This document shows, one piece after another, positions 48,185-57,013 of a stretch of 64,000 nt of DNA. Positions within the stretch are counted from its first letter, which is position 1. Each line of letters opens with the position of its first letter. The notes below the pieces were generated by a model. The model did not search any database. It had not been told where the DNA came from and saw only the letters and a program-made list of their open reading frames with translations. The translations under genes and the position numbers were made by a program. Source of the DNA: Oscillospiraceae bacterium (GTDB lineage: Bacteria > Bacillota > Clostridia > Oscillospirales > CAG-382); the NCBI GenBank assembly GCA_015064945.1, contig SVRF01000006.1, forward strand, positions 4,074 to 68,073, read 5' to 3'.

Positions 48185-50110
48185 TTATTGATAAAGCTCC
48201 AGCTCGGACATAAAGAATATCGGGTTTGTGATACTCTTTATACCTATCTGCACACAATCAATCTGCGTTGCATCAAAATCCGCAAAGAATGCAACCGTCA
48301 TATCATCGTATTTCATATACGTCGAATTTGCGTCGAAGGTAGCAAGAACCTTCCATTCTATACTGCCGTCCGATTGTGTAACACCGCCCAGCAGGTCGAA
48401 GGCATCCGGTGCATTCACTCTGTTGAAGAACATCCCTACACCTCTTGTATTTATCGCGTTGGTTAGGTCATAGCCGATCAGAGATATATAAGCCTGCTCG
48501 CCGCTTGCGGCAGTTTTGCCGTTTGCGTTATAGGCATCACCAAGGTTATTTACCTTCCAATAGGTTTCACTGCCGTCGGTTTTACCTTTGCTTCCGCGCA
48601 CACCGTCGCAGGATGCTGCCATCCCTTGGATAGAGCTGTAGCCGGCGCGGCCCCAACCCGAGGTTGTCTTATAAAACACATTACCAAGACCTGCAAGCAT
48701 ATAATCCTTAACGGTGCTGTAGCCTGCGGCGCTTACATCATCGTTGCTGATGTACATGTGGTTAACGCCGTTTTCGTCCGTTTCCTCAAGGCTGATACTG
48801 CCGCAAAGGGAGCATTCGTGCGCCTTAAGACCTGCCGATGCAAGCGCCGAATCGTTTGCGTTGTCCTGATATTCGGTATTGCTGTGCTCGCCGCCGTCAA
48901 AAAGGCTGAAATTGTATTTTTCAAGATACTTATCCATAAGTGTTTGCAAACCCAGCATATCGGGCACGGAATCGAAAACCGCGTCAAAATTAGTTGTGCC
49001 CGCGTTGTAATAACTGGAGATAAAAGCATCGGGATCGTATTTGCTGTTAATGGAAGTATCGGTACAAAACTCATAGCTTTGGCCGACAGCGCTTTTACCG
49101 GTTATCGCACAATACGCCATTTGTGCGGTGATGTATCCCGAAAGCATATTTTCGTGGTGAGTATCGTTTTTGTTAACTATAAATGTGTTCTTATCGTAGG
49201 TTTTAGTAGCGCCGGGAACCGATTCGTTTCCTTTCCAAACATCATACACAAGCTTGCCCCAGTTTACTATGCCAATGCCCTTATCCTGCAAGGTTGAAAG
49301 GGCATTTTTGATGTTGCTGTGCCCCGCCTGATAGGTATAAGAATGGCAAAGGTAATAGAACTCTGTCTTGGAAGACGGATAAAGGTCTATTATTTTTTGT
49401 ATATCCGATACCAAGGCGGAATTGTTTTCGCCTGCTTCAGAGAGGAAAACATAATCTATCGTGCTTAAAAAATCCTCGGTACAGTCTACAAGATAGTTTT
49501 CGTAAATATAATCAAGGTTTCTCCCGCCCCATACATAGTCGTAAACGTTAACATTTTCGCCGTTTGCCGTACACAACTGCTTGAAGTAGCCTTTGTCTGT
49601 TTTGGTTTGGCTGCCGTTATTTACGCAATAGCCGTAATATATGAACGAGTTGCCTATAAACATTACGTTTTTGCCGTCTAAAGAACGTACCGCTGCACCG
49701 TTTTCAGTGTAGGACTTTTCGGTTTTGCTGCATAGACTGCAAGTGCGTGACGTTATTATTTTGCCCAAACAGTTATACGTTTCGGTTTCTGCCCAGCTTG
49801 AGAAATTGTGTGTGCATACAAGCGGATTTTTACCGGATATATGCTTTCTTACGGAGACAAGGTCTGTAATGGAAACAACGCCGTCGAAATTAACGTCCGA
49901 AGCGGCAAGGCATGATTCGGACAAGGCACATCTGCCGGTTAAGTACGATCTCAACAAAACGTAATCTGTCGTGTTGACCGTACCGTTACCGTCTGTGTCG
50001 CCAATTAAAATTTCGCCCACACTTGTGTCGGCTGAAGAAGTTTGACACGCTAAAGAAAGCACGGATAAAAGCAATGCTATGCAAAGAAATAATGAGATCC
50101 TTTTCGTCAT
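48185..50110 (-). CDS. Secreted dockerin-bearing protein with a central SGNH-like region and a C-terminal discoidin/CBM32-like domain
   Basis: Signal peptide, then two dockerin Ca-binding repeats (GDTDGNGTVNTTD, SDVNFDGVVSITD). Downstream domain calls are tentative. Confidence 0.7.
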   Translation of the reverse strand: MTKRISLFLCIALLLSVLSLACQTSSADTSVGEILIGDTDGNGTVNTTDYVLLRSYLTGRCALSESCLAASDVNFDGVVSITDLVSVRKHISGKNPLVCTHNFSSWAETETYNCLGKIITSRTCSLCSKTEKSYTENGAAVRSLDGKNVMFIGNSFIYYGYCVNNGSQTKTDKGYFKQLCTANGENVNVYDYVWGGRNLDYIYENYLVDCTEDFLSTIDYVFLSEAGENNSALVSDIQKIIDLYPSSKTEFYYLCHSYTYQAGHSNIKNALSTLQDKGIGIVNWGKLVYDVWKGNESVPGATKTYDKNTFIVNKNDTHHENMLSGYITAQMAYCAITGKSAVGQSYEFCTDTSINSKYDPDAFISSYYNAGTTNFDAVFDSVPDMLGLQTLMDKYLEKYNFSLFDGGEHSNTEYQDNANDSALASAGLKAHECSLCGSISLEETDENGVNHMYISNDDVSAAGYSTVKDYMLAGLGNVFYKTTSGWGRAGYSSIQGMAASCDGVRGSKGKTDGSETYWKVNNLGDAYNANGKTAASGEQAYISLIGYDLTNAINTRGVGMFFNRVNAPDAFDLLGGVTQSDGSIEWKVLATFDANSTYMKYDDMTVAFFADFDATQIDCVQIGIKSITNPIFFMSELELYQ

Positions 50111-50296
50111 AGTATCATCTCCAATTCAAAATTTATCGCTTTGATATGTTTATGCCCTCAGTGATGTCGGTGGAGGTTTGTCTCCTCTTAGATTTAGAGT
50201 ATCATATTTATTTCCGAATGTCAATTTTTTTCAGGAATATAATGCTATTTTCGGGTGGTCTAAAAAATTTTTTTGAGTAGAGGTGAAAAGATGTGC

Positions 50297-50330
50297 GCTA
50301 AAAAAGGCCATCGGAGAACCAATGACCTTT
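50297..50330 (-). terminator. Terminator of rtcB
   Basis: AAGGTCAT...ATGGCCTT stem whose single non-WC pair is a G-U wobble only on the minus strand; followed by TTTTTTAG. Confidence 0.6.
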
Positions 50331-50337
50331 TAAAAAA

Positions 50338-51510
50338 TCAGCAAGCTTTGAAATTGTATATCGGCCTTATAATCTCAATATCCGAGACTGTTTCGTCTAT
50401 AAAACCAAGTATCCGCCCAGGGGATTTGTATGCCATCGGGCACTCGTCAATGGAACCCTCGTTCGCCGTTGTCGTGAATATTCCTTCCATTTGGCGCCTA
50501 TAATCCTCGACGGTAAAAGCGTACTTAGCCTCTGTTCTGCTGCACGCACGTCCTGCACCGTGAGGAGCGGAAAAATTCCAATCGGGGTTTCCTTTACCCG
50601 TGCCGAGTACTGCCCCATCTCTCATATTAAGCGGTATTATTACCCTTTCGCCCAAGCGTGCAGAGATGGCACCCTTGCGAAGTATCATATGCTCTGTATC
50701 AATGTAATTGTGAACGCACGAAAACCTATCCGTTACGGTAAGTCCCATTTGCTTACATATCAACTCTGCAATAGTCCTTCTGTTCAAATCGGCGAAAGCG
50801 GTCACAACGGTCAAATCGTGGAGGTAATCGTCGAAAAGCCGTCCTTCAAGAATCGCCTCTTCCCGTTTTACCTTTACAGCACCCTTTTCGGATTTAGAAA
50901 AGTAATATAAGCCTGTATCCTTTGCATCGTAATAGCTTTGTTTTGTGCGTTTGCGTTGCTTTTTGCATTGATAGCGGTAGGCCTGCTCTTGATAATAGCT
51001 TGCAACATCACTGCCCAACTGTCTTGAGCCCGAATGGATAACAAGCACAAGTTCACCGCTTTCTGTCCTGTCCACTTCAATAAAGTGATTACCTCCGCCA
51101 AGAGTTCCAAGACTGCGGAGCGCTCGTTCTCGATCTACATTAGCTTTGCAAATCAGGCTGTCGAGGTCAAAGGCGTCAAGAGGGGTAGCGTGTATCTTTG
51201 CACCGGCGGGAACGTGAGAATGTATCATACCGTCAAGCTTTTCCAAATCAAGCTCTCGCTCAGCCAAAAACACAACCTCCATACCGCAACCGATATCAAC
51301 ACCCACCAGGGCAGGTGCAATTCTCTTTGATACGGTCATAGTCGTTCCCACTGCAACGTGTTTACCCGAATGGGTATCGGGCATTATGCGTATCTTGCTA
51401 TCGGAGTAGGCTTCTTCTCGCAGCAGCGACGATATCTGTGTTTTGGTTGACTTGTCAAGTTTATCAGTGAAAACAATTGCCGAGTTTCTTTTTCCTTGTA
51501 GTTTGATCAT
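50338..51510 (-). CDS. rtcB: RNA 3'-phosphate/2',3'-cyclic phosphate ligase RtcB
   Basis: MPDTHSGK, DIGCGM, GGGNHFIE and SAPHGAGR metal/GMP-His motifs. Confidence 0.9.
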   Translation of the reverse strand: MIKLQGKRNSAIVFTDKLDKSTKTQISSLLREEAYSDSKIRIMPDTHSGKHVAVGTTMTVSKRIAPALVGVDIGCGMEVVFLAERELDLEKLDGMIHSHVPAGAKIHATPLDAFDLDSLICKANVDRERALRSLGTLGGGNHFIEVDRTESGELVLVIHSGSRQLGSDVASYYQEQAYRYQCKKQRKRTKQSYYDAKDTGLYYFSKSEKGAVKVKREEAILEGRLFDDYLHDLTVVTAFADLNRRTIAELICKQMGLTVTDRFSCVHNYIDTEHMILRKGAISARLGERVIIPLNMRDGAVLGTGKGNPDWNFSAPHGAGRACSRTEAKYAFTVEDYRRQMEGIFTTTANEGSIDECPMAYKSPGRILGFIDETVSDIEIIRPIYNFKAC

Positions 51511-51606
51511 TATATCTCCTATCAGTATTAAGTTTTGATTGTGATTTATTTGCGGTATATACGTTTGCAGACATAATGATCAACTCCTTTTCTACTAATC
51601 GTCTCA

Positions 51607-51635
51607 ATTATATATTATTGCATACAGCTTGTCAA
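51607..51635 (-). promoter_or_regulatory. Promoter of rtcB
   Basis: Minus strand TTGACA (51635-30), 17-nt spacer, TATAAT (51612-07); perfect consensus. Confidence 0.7.
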
Positions 51636-51694
51636 GTTTATCTTCTCCAAATTATTCTAAAATAACTTACCTTATTGTTTCTACCCTTCGCCCG

Positions 51695-51897
51695 TTTGCG
51701 GTGCCCGAAAAATCTTCGCATCCGTGGGTGCTTGATTTTTATCGGGGTCCCCGGGAAGCCGTTAGACTTCGTGGGGTGACTCGACCGTTGCACCCAAAAC
51801 TCCTCGCTACATCCGCCACAGGCGGCGCTTCGGAGTTTTGACCTCCGAGTTATTCGCCCTTCGGGCTCATAACCCGTCGGTCATCGCACCAACCAAA
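51695..51897. ncRNA. Unclassified multi-helix RNA candidate (strand unresolved)
   Basis: Long-range pairing 51695-51704/51886-51897 encloses helices 51726-31/51790-95 (with hairpin 51749-76), 51795-803/51832-40 (with hairpin 51813-25) and 51845-51880. There is no coding potential. Confidence 0.35.
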
Positions 51898-51913
51898 CTT
51901 CAGAACCAAAACG

Positions 51914-51945
51914 AAAAACCACCCTGTTTGGGTGGTTTTTCATTT
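51914..51945. terminator. Bidirectional terminator (tRNA operon on the minus strand; possibly the RNA candidate on the plus strand)
   Basis: AAAAACCACCC-TGTTT-GGGTGGTTTTT with T-tracts on both strands. Confidence 0.75.
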
Positions 51946-52022
<77 letters not shown>

Positions 52023-52070
52023 AAATATATGACATTGTCACCCCCGAAGGGAGACTATGTGTTGTTAAAA

Positions 52071-52159
52071 TGGTGCCGGAAACCGGGCTTGAACCGGTAC
52101 GAGATTTGAGTCTCACGGGATTTTAAGTCCCGGGCGTCTGCCAATTCCGCCACTCCGGC
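52071..52159 (-). tRNA. tRNA-Leu (TAA), long variable arm, CCA encoded
   Basis: Acceptor GCCGGAG/TTCCGGC, anticodon loop CUUAAAA, variable arm hairpin, T-arm GGTTCAAGCC. Confidence 0.9.
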
Positions 52160-52172
52160 GTCAGCAAAGAGT

Positions 52173-52201
52173 ATTATAACCCAAAGCACTTCGTTTGTCA
52201 A
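52173..52201 (-). promoter_or_regulatory. Promoter of the tRNA-Leu/tRNA-fMet operon
   Basis: Minus strand TTGACA, 17-nt spacer, TATAAT; the -10 ends 14 nt before the tRNA 5' end. Confidence 0.7.
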
Positions 52202-52225
52202 GCCCTTTTTTAAGATTTTTAGCTT

Positions 52226-52831
52226 TTACTTTTCGACATCTGCAAGAAGCTCCATTTTGTAAAGCTTATTGATGCCTTCGCAGGCGGTGTAGCCTATGTG
52301 AAACTCCGCAGGGATTTGCGGGTGTGACACCGAAAAACGTCTGCCGTTTATCTCTGCAAAAATCGTGCCGTTCTTAACCTCAACGGTCATATCAATAAGG
52401 CTTCCGTCTTCGATTTTAAAGCTTTCTGCCAGGATTTTGGTGGGTTTTACGGGATGCTCCGTCCTTTCGGGGTAGGGGACGATATACCAAATATTACAGC
52501 CTTGCTCCCACGCTACAACTTCAAAATGTACGCCGTAAAATTTATGGCTTTTGCCGTCTTTTCCAACGGCATCACATATATCGTTACCAAAGACGATAAT
52601 AGGCGCACCGTATTTATGGAAGTCACATTGCACATTAAGCTTTGCGTTTTTGTAGCTGTCGGCGGATAGTATGCTTATATATTCGTAGTCCTTTGTTTCT
52701 TCGTCAAAACGGTTGGCAAGGCAATTCTCTTGCTTTTCAAAAACAGGATAGGTCTTGACAATAGGGGAGTAGACGTACATTAAATCCTCTTCCCATTTGT
52801 TTTCCTTGCTAAAATCGTACACCTTTTTCAT
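52226..52831 (-). CDS. Hypothetical protein (201 aa)
   Basis: Clean ORF; no motif recognised. Confidence 0.5.
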   Translation of the reverse strand: MKKVYDFSKENKWEEDLMYVYSPIVKTYPVFEKQENCLANRFDEETKDYEYISILSADSYKNAKLNVQCDFHKYGAPIIVFGNDICDAVGKDGKSHKFYGVHFEVVAWEQGCNIWYIVPYPERTEHPVKPTKILAESFKIEDGSLIDMTVEVKNGTIFAEINGRRFSVSHPQIPAEFHIGYTACEGINKLYKMELLADVEK

Positions 52832-52936
52832 AAACTCACGCTCCTGTTTTGATTATATCGCAAACTGCGAAATTATGCAATACCGTCTTGATAATAACTT
52901 GGCTTTATGTTATACTTTGCTGGAGGAGATAGGCTT

Positions 52937-53242
52937 ATGGGTTGCTTGATAGAGTTGTTCTGTGAAGTTGTTATTGAAATAATCGGCGAAGCGTATTTTT
53001 ATCTTATGACTATGGTAATTCCCAAAAACAAGCTTCCCGAGGCAAAAGAGAAAAAACTGCATAAATTTATCAGGATATACTCAGCAGTGCTCGTGCTTAT
53101 GTTGATAGCCGGCTTGTTTATATCGCTTCCCGATAACGAAATTTTAAGTCTTGTAGGCAACGTTTTTATGTATATTTCTGCAGGGCTTATAGTTTTGCAG
53201 ATCGTTGCGGGTGTTTTAGTGAAAGCGTTGAAAAAAGAATAA
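52937..53242 (+). CDS. Small membrane protein
   Basis: ATG 52937 lies 10 nt after GGAGG; three hydrophobic helices. Confidence 0.45.
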   Translation: MGCLIELFCEVVIEIIGEAYFYLMTMVIPKNKLPEAKEKKLHKFIRIYSAVLVLMLIAGLFISLPDNEILSLVGNVFMYISAGLIVLQIVAGVLVKALKKE

Positions 53243-53272
53243 AGGTAATAACCGTTTGCAAACAGCAGACGG

Positions 53273-53812
53273 TTATTTTGTTATAGCAAGGGACACCAAT
53301 ATTGCAGGTAAGCTCCCCAAAAGACTCCCAAGAAGATAGCTCCAAAACGAAAAGCCCGCACTGCCCATACAAATTCCTACGGTTTTGCAGGGCGCAACAC
53401 GTATGCACCTAAGCACCAAAGCGGTCAGAAACCCTCCCTTTACCGGCGAAACCAAGGATATGGAAGGTGCGCCGTTCTTGTGCTTCCCCAGGAAATACGA
53501 AAAGGAAAACACCAAGGCACTGCCGCAGATGCACATAAACAAACCGTGGCGAAAGGGAAGCACCATTCCGCACAGCAGATAAATAAGCGATAGCGGGGGG
53601 AAAACTCCTAAGGTGCAAACGCCGAATAGCACACCGATAACGCAGGCGGCACGCATAGGTGTGGCAGACACCAACAGCAAAAGGGGGTGACTTTGGTCTT
53701 TATACAGACACAGCATAAGAGCAACAAAAATTGCGCTGAATACCAGACGCCACACAAATTGTTTGCCGATAAAAACACCTCCCGATTTACAGCGGTTAAC
53801 AATTATATGCAA
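53273..53812 (-). CDS. Hypothetical polytopic membrane protein
   Basis: 179-aa hydrophobic ORF; start uncertain. Confidence 0.4.
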   Translation of the reverse strand: MHIIVNRCKSGGVFIGKQFVWRLVFSAIFVALMLCLYKDQSHPLLLLVSATPMRAACVIGVLFGVCTLGVFPPLSLIYLLCGMVLPFRHGLFMCICGSALVFSFSYFLGKHKNGAPSISLVSPVKGGFLTALVLRCIRVAPCKTVGICMGSAGFSFWSYLLGSLLGSLPAILVSLAITK

Positions 53813-53859
53813 TCAAGGAGCTAAATATTAAAGGGCGTCCAAAAAATTGTCTTATTCTA

Positions 53860-53888
53860 TTGCATTTTGTTAATTATATTGTTATAAT
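53860..53888 (+). promoter_or_regulatory. Promoter of the rfbA operon
   Basis: TTGCAT 53860-65, 17-nt spacer, TGtTATAAT 53883-88. Confidence 0.6.
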
Positions 53889-53925
53889 GTAGTTTGATGA
53901 ATTGGGAAAGGATGTGTCCGATAAA

Positions 53926-54792
53926 ATGAAAGGTATTGTTCTTGCAGGCGGTAAAGGCACAAGGCTTTATCCCCTTACAATGGCGGTTTCCAAACAGCTT
54001 CTCCCCGTTTACGATAAACCTCTTATTTACTATCCGCTTTCCACATTGTTGCTTGGCGGTATAAATGAGATACTTATTATTTCCACCCCTGCAGATATAG
54101 AGGATTACAGAACACTGCTTGGTGACGGCTCCGGCTTTGGCGCTAAGCTTTCTTATGCAGTCCAGGAAACTCCCCGCGGTTTGGCAGATGCGTTTATTAT
54201 AGGCAGAGATTTTATAGGTGATGACAGCGTTTGCCTTATATTGGGTGACAACGTGTTCTACGGGCAGGACCTTACCCGCATACTTCAGCGTGCTCTTAAG
54301 CGTACAGAGGGCGCAACCATATTCGGCTATCCCGTTAAGGACCCGCGTGCCTTCGGCGTTGTGGAGTTTGACGAAAACAGAAAGGTTGTTTCCATAGAGG
54401 AAAAGCCTGCAAAGCCCAAGTCCAACTATGCGGTGCCCGGTCTTTATTTCTACGATAACCGTGTTTGCGATATTGCCGCAAACGTAAAGCCTTCCCCCCG
54501 TGGCGAGATAGAGATAACCTCTATTAATAACGCTTATCTTGAGATGGGGCTTCTGAATGTAGAGCTTATGGGCAGAGGTATGGCTTGGCTTGATACGGGT
54601 ACGCCTGACGGGCTTTTAAAGGCGGCTATGTATGTAGAAGCGGTACAGTCCAGACAGGGCTTTTACATCGCCTGTCTTGAGGAAATTGCGTGGCGCCGTG
54701 GGCTTATCACCAAGGAACAGCTGAGGGCTGTGGGCGAAAAGCTTAAGATGACGGAGTACGGTCAGTACATACTTTCGCTTATAGAAGATTGA
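53926..54792 (+). CDS. rfbA: Glucose-1-phosphate thymidylyltransferase
   Basis: [19 protein letters not shown]-terminus (start trimmed to ATG 53926). Confidence 0.93.
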   Translation: MKGIVLAGGKGTRLYPLTMAVSKQLLPVYDKPLIYYPLSTLLLGGINEILIISTPADIEDYRTLLGDGSGFGAKLSYAVQETPRGLADAFIIGRDFIGDDSVCLILGDNVFYGQDLTRILQRALKRTEGATIFGYPVKDPRAFGVVEFDENRKVVSIEEKPAKPKSNYAVPGLYFYDNRVCDIAANVKPSPRGEIEITSINNAYLEMGLLNVELMGRGMAWLDTGTPDGLLKAAMYVEAVQSRQGFYIACLEEIAWRRGLITKEQLRAVGEKLKMTEYGQYILSLIED

Positions 54793-54806
54793 GAGGATAA
54801 AACATA

Positions 54807-55862
54807 ATGAAGAATATACTTGTAACAGGCGGCGCAGGCTTTATAGGCAGTAATTTTGTAAAATATATGCTTAAAGAGCATAGCGAATACCGAATAGTAA
54901 ACATAGACGCACTTACCTACGCAGGCAATCTTGAAAACCTTGCAGACGTGGCAGAAGGTGCAAACTACCGCTTTGTTAAATGCGATATAAGAGACAGTGA
55001 GGCAGTAGAAAAGATTTTTGCCGAAGAGGATATAGATACCGTGGTTAACTTCGCAGCGGAAAGCCACGTTGACCGCAGTATTGTTGACCCCCAGGCGTTT
55101 TTGACCACTAATGTGTTTGGCACACAGGTGCTTCTTGATGCGGCTAAAAAGTTCTGGAAGCTGAAACCCGACGATAAGTATGACAGGACGTTCCGTGATG
55201 GTGTTAAATATCTTCAGGTTTCCACCGATGAGGTTTACGGTGCGTTGGGAAAAACAGGTATGTTTACCGAGACGACCCCTCTTTCCCCTAACAGTCCTTA
55301 TTCTTCTTCCAAGGCATCTGCGGACTTATTTGTAAGGGCATATCACGAGACCTTCGGTCTGCCCGTTAACATTACCCGTTGCTCCAACAACTACGGACCC
55401 TATCAGTTCCCCGAAAAGCTTATTCCCCTTATGCTTAACAACTGCCTTAAGGGCAAGCCCTTGCCTGTGTACGGTGACGGCTTGCAGATTAGAGATTGGC
55501 TTCATGTTAGCGATCATTGCAAGGGTATCTATACCGTTCTTGAAAAGGGTAGGGTAGGCGAAGTTTATAATATCGGCGGCAACAATGAGAAGGCTAATAT
55601 AGAAATAGTAAAGCTTATAATAAAGGCGGCAGGTGCATCCGAGGATCTTATTACCTACGTCAAGGATCGCCCCGGCCACGACCGTCGCTATGCGATAGAC
55701 AACACTAAGATAACTACCGAGCTGGGTTGGACGCCCGAATACACCTTTGAGCAGGGCATTGCCGAAACGGTTAAGTGGTATCTTGACAACCAAGAATGGA
55801 CCGACCATATAATAAGCGGCGACTACGCAAGCTATTATGACAGAATGTATAAAAACGCTTAG
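54807..55862 (+). CDS. rfbB: dTDP-glucose 4,6-dehydratase
   Basis: TGGAGFIGSNF Rossmann motif and YSSSKAS catalytic motif. Confidence 0.93.
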   Translation: MKNILVTGGAGFIGSNFVKYMLKEHSEYRIVNIDALTYAGNLENLADVAEGANYRFVKCDIRDSEAVEKIFAEEDIDTVVNFAAESHVDRSIVDPQAFLTTNVFGTQVLLDAAKKFWKLKPDDKYDRTFRDGVKYLQVSTDEVYGALGKTGMFTETTPLSPNSPYSSSKASADLFVRAYHETFGLPVNITRCSNNYGPYQFPEKLIPLMLNNCLKGKPLPVYGDGLQIRDWLHVSDHCKGIYTVLEKGRVGEVYNIGGNNEKANIEIVKLIIKAAGASEDLITYVKDRPGHDRRYAIDNTKITTELGWTPEYTFEQGIAETVKWYLDNQEWTDHIISGDYASYYDRMYKNA

Positions 55863-55879
55863 TCAGAGGTGAAAAACAG

Positions 55880-57013
55880 ATGATTCCTTTTAACCGTCCC
55901 CCTTTTGTGGGCAAGGAAACAGATTATATAAAAGAAGCCATAGCCGCAGGTAAGATATGCGGTGACGGTGCGTTTACCAAAAAGTGCAATAAGTGGATAG
56001 AGGACAAAACGGGCACCCCTAAGGCCTTGCTTACTACTTCCTGCACCCACGCTTTGGAGATGGCGGCACTGCTTGCGGAAATCAAACCGGGGGACGAAGT
56101 TATTATGCCCTCCTACACCTTTGTTTCCACCGCAGACGCCTTTGTACAAAGAGGCGCAACAATAGTTTTTGTGGATGTGCGCCCCGATACTATGAATATT
56201 GACGAAAAGCTTATAGAGGCGGCAATAACTCCTAAGACAAAGGCTGTTGTACCCGTACATTACGCAGGCGTTGCTTGTGAAATGGATACAATTAACGAGA
56301 TAGCCAAAAGATATGGTCTTTGGGTGGTAGAGGATGCGGCACAGGGTGTTATGGCAAGCTACAAGGGGAAAGCCCTTGGCACCATAGGCGACTTTGGCTG
56401 TTACAGCTTCCACGAAACCAAGAATTATAGTATGGGTGAAGGCGGTGCTTTGCTTATCGGTAAAGAGGACCGTATAGAGCAGGCGGAGATAATCCGTGAA
56501 AAAGGTACGGACAGAAGCCGCTTTTTCAGAGGTCAGGTTGATAAATACACTTGGGTGGACTACGGCTCTTCCTACCTGCCCAGTGATATGAATGCCGCTT
56601 ATCTTTATGCTCAGCTTGAGGAGGCGGATACAATCAATAACGCGCGCCTTTCCGTGTGGAACCGTTACTATAACGGTCTTAAGCCATTGGCAGACGCAGG
56701 CAAGATAACGTTGCCTGTTATACCTGAGGGTTGTGTTCACAACGCCCATATGTTTTATATTAAGGCGGCGGACCTTCCTCAAAGAAGTGCCCTTATAAAC
56801 AGCCTTAAGGAAAACGGGGTAGGCAGTGCGTTCCACTATATTCCTCTGCACAGTGCACCTGCGGGCATTAAGTTCGGCAGATTTAACGGCGAGGATAAGT
56901 ACACCACCGCAGAAAGCGAAAAGCTGCTTCGTCTGCCTATGTATTACGGCTTGACCGATGACGAGGTGGAAAAGGTAATTTCTTCGGTATTGGAGTTTTA
57001 TAAGACAGTATGA
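55880..57013 (+). CDS. wecE: dTDP-4-amino-4,6-dideoxygalactose transaminase (WecE-type DegT family)
   Basis: Near-colinear similarity to my recollection of E. coli WecE (MIPFN.PP.VG.E.DY..., EVIMPSYTFVSTA, FHETKNY, RGQVDKYTW). Confidence 0.8.
   Translation: MIPFNRPPFVGKETDYIKEAIAAGKICGDGAFTKKCNKWIEDKTGTPKALLTTSCTHALEMAALLAEIKPGDEVIMPSYTFVSTADAFVQRGATIVFVDVRPDTMNIDEKLIEAAITPKTKAVVPVHYAGVACEMDTINEIAKRYGLWVVEDAAQGVMASYKGKALGTIGDFGCYSFHETKNYSMGEGGALLIGKEDRIEQAEIIREKGTDRSRFFRGQVDKYTWVDYGSSYLPSDMNAAYLYAQLEEADTINNARLSVWNRYYNGLKPLADAGKITLPVIPEGCVHNAHMFYIKAADLPQRSALINSLKENGVGSAFHYIPLHSAPAGIKFGRFNGEDKYTTAESEKLLRLPMYYGLTDDEVEKVISSVLEFYKTV

Noticed and set aside
51695-51897. Assignment of the structured region to SRP RNA, 6S RNA, tmRNA, RNase P RNA, a T-box, Y-RNA/YrlA or the TwoAYGGAY motif
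   Set aside because: It has no GGAAGCAGC-type SRP helix-8 motif and no rod-like 6S fold with a central bubble. The tmRNA/tRNA-like ends and the RNase P GAGGAAAGUC core are also absent. CGGGCACCGCA only loosely resembles a T-box and there is no downstream regulated gene. There is no rsr gene or tRNA-like T-arm. A single ACGGAT does not make the TwoAYGGAY motif.
52023-52070. Hairpin with a UUCG loop in the spacer between tRNA-Leu and tRNA-fMet
   Set aside because: This is an ordinary inter-tRNA spacer structure, likely a processing signal. It is too short and unremarkable to call as a separate feature.
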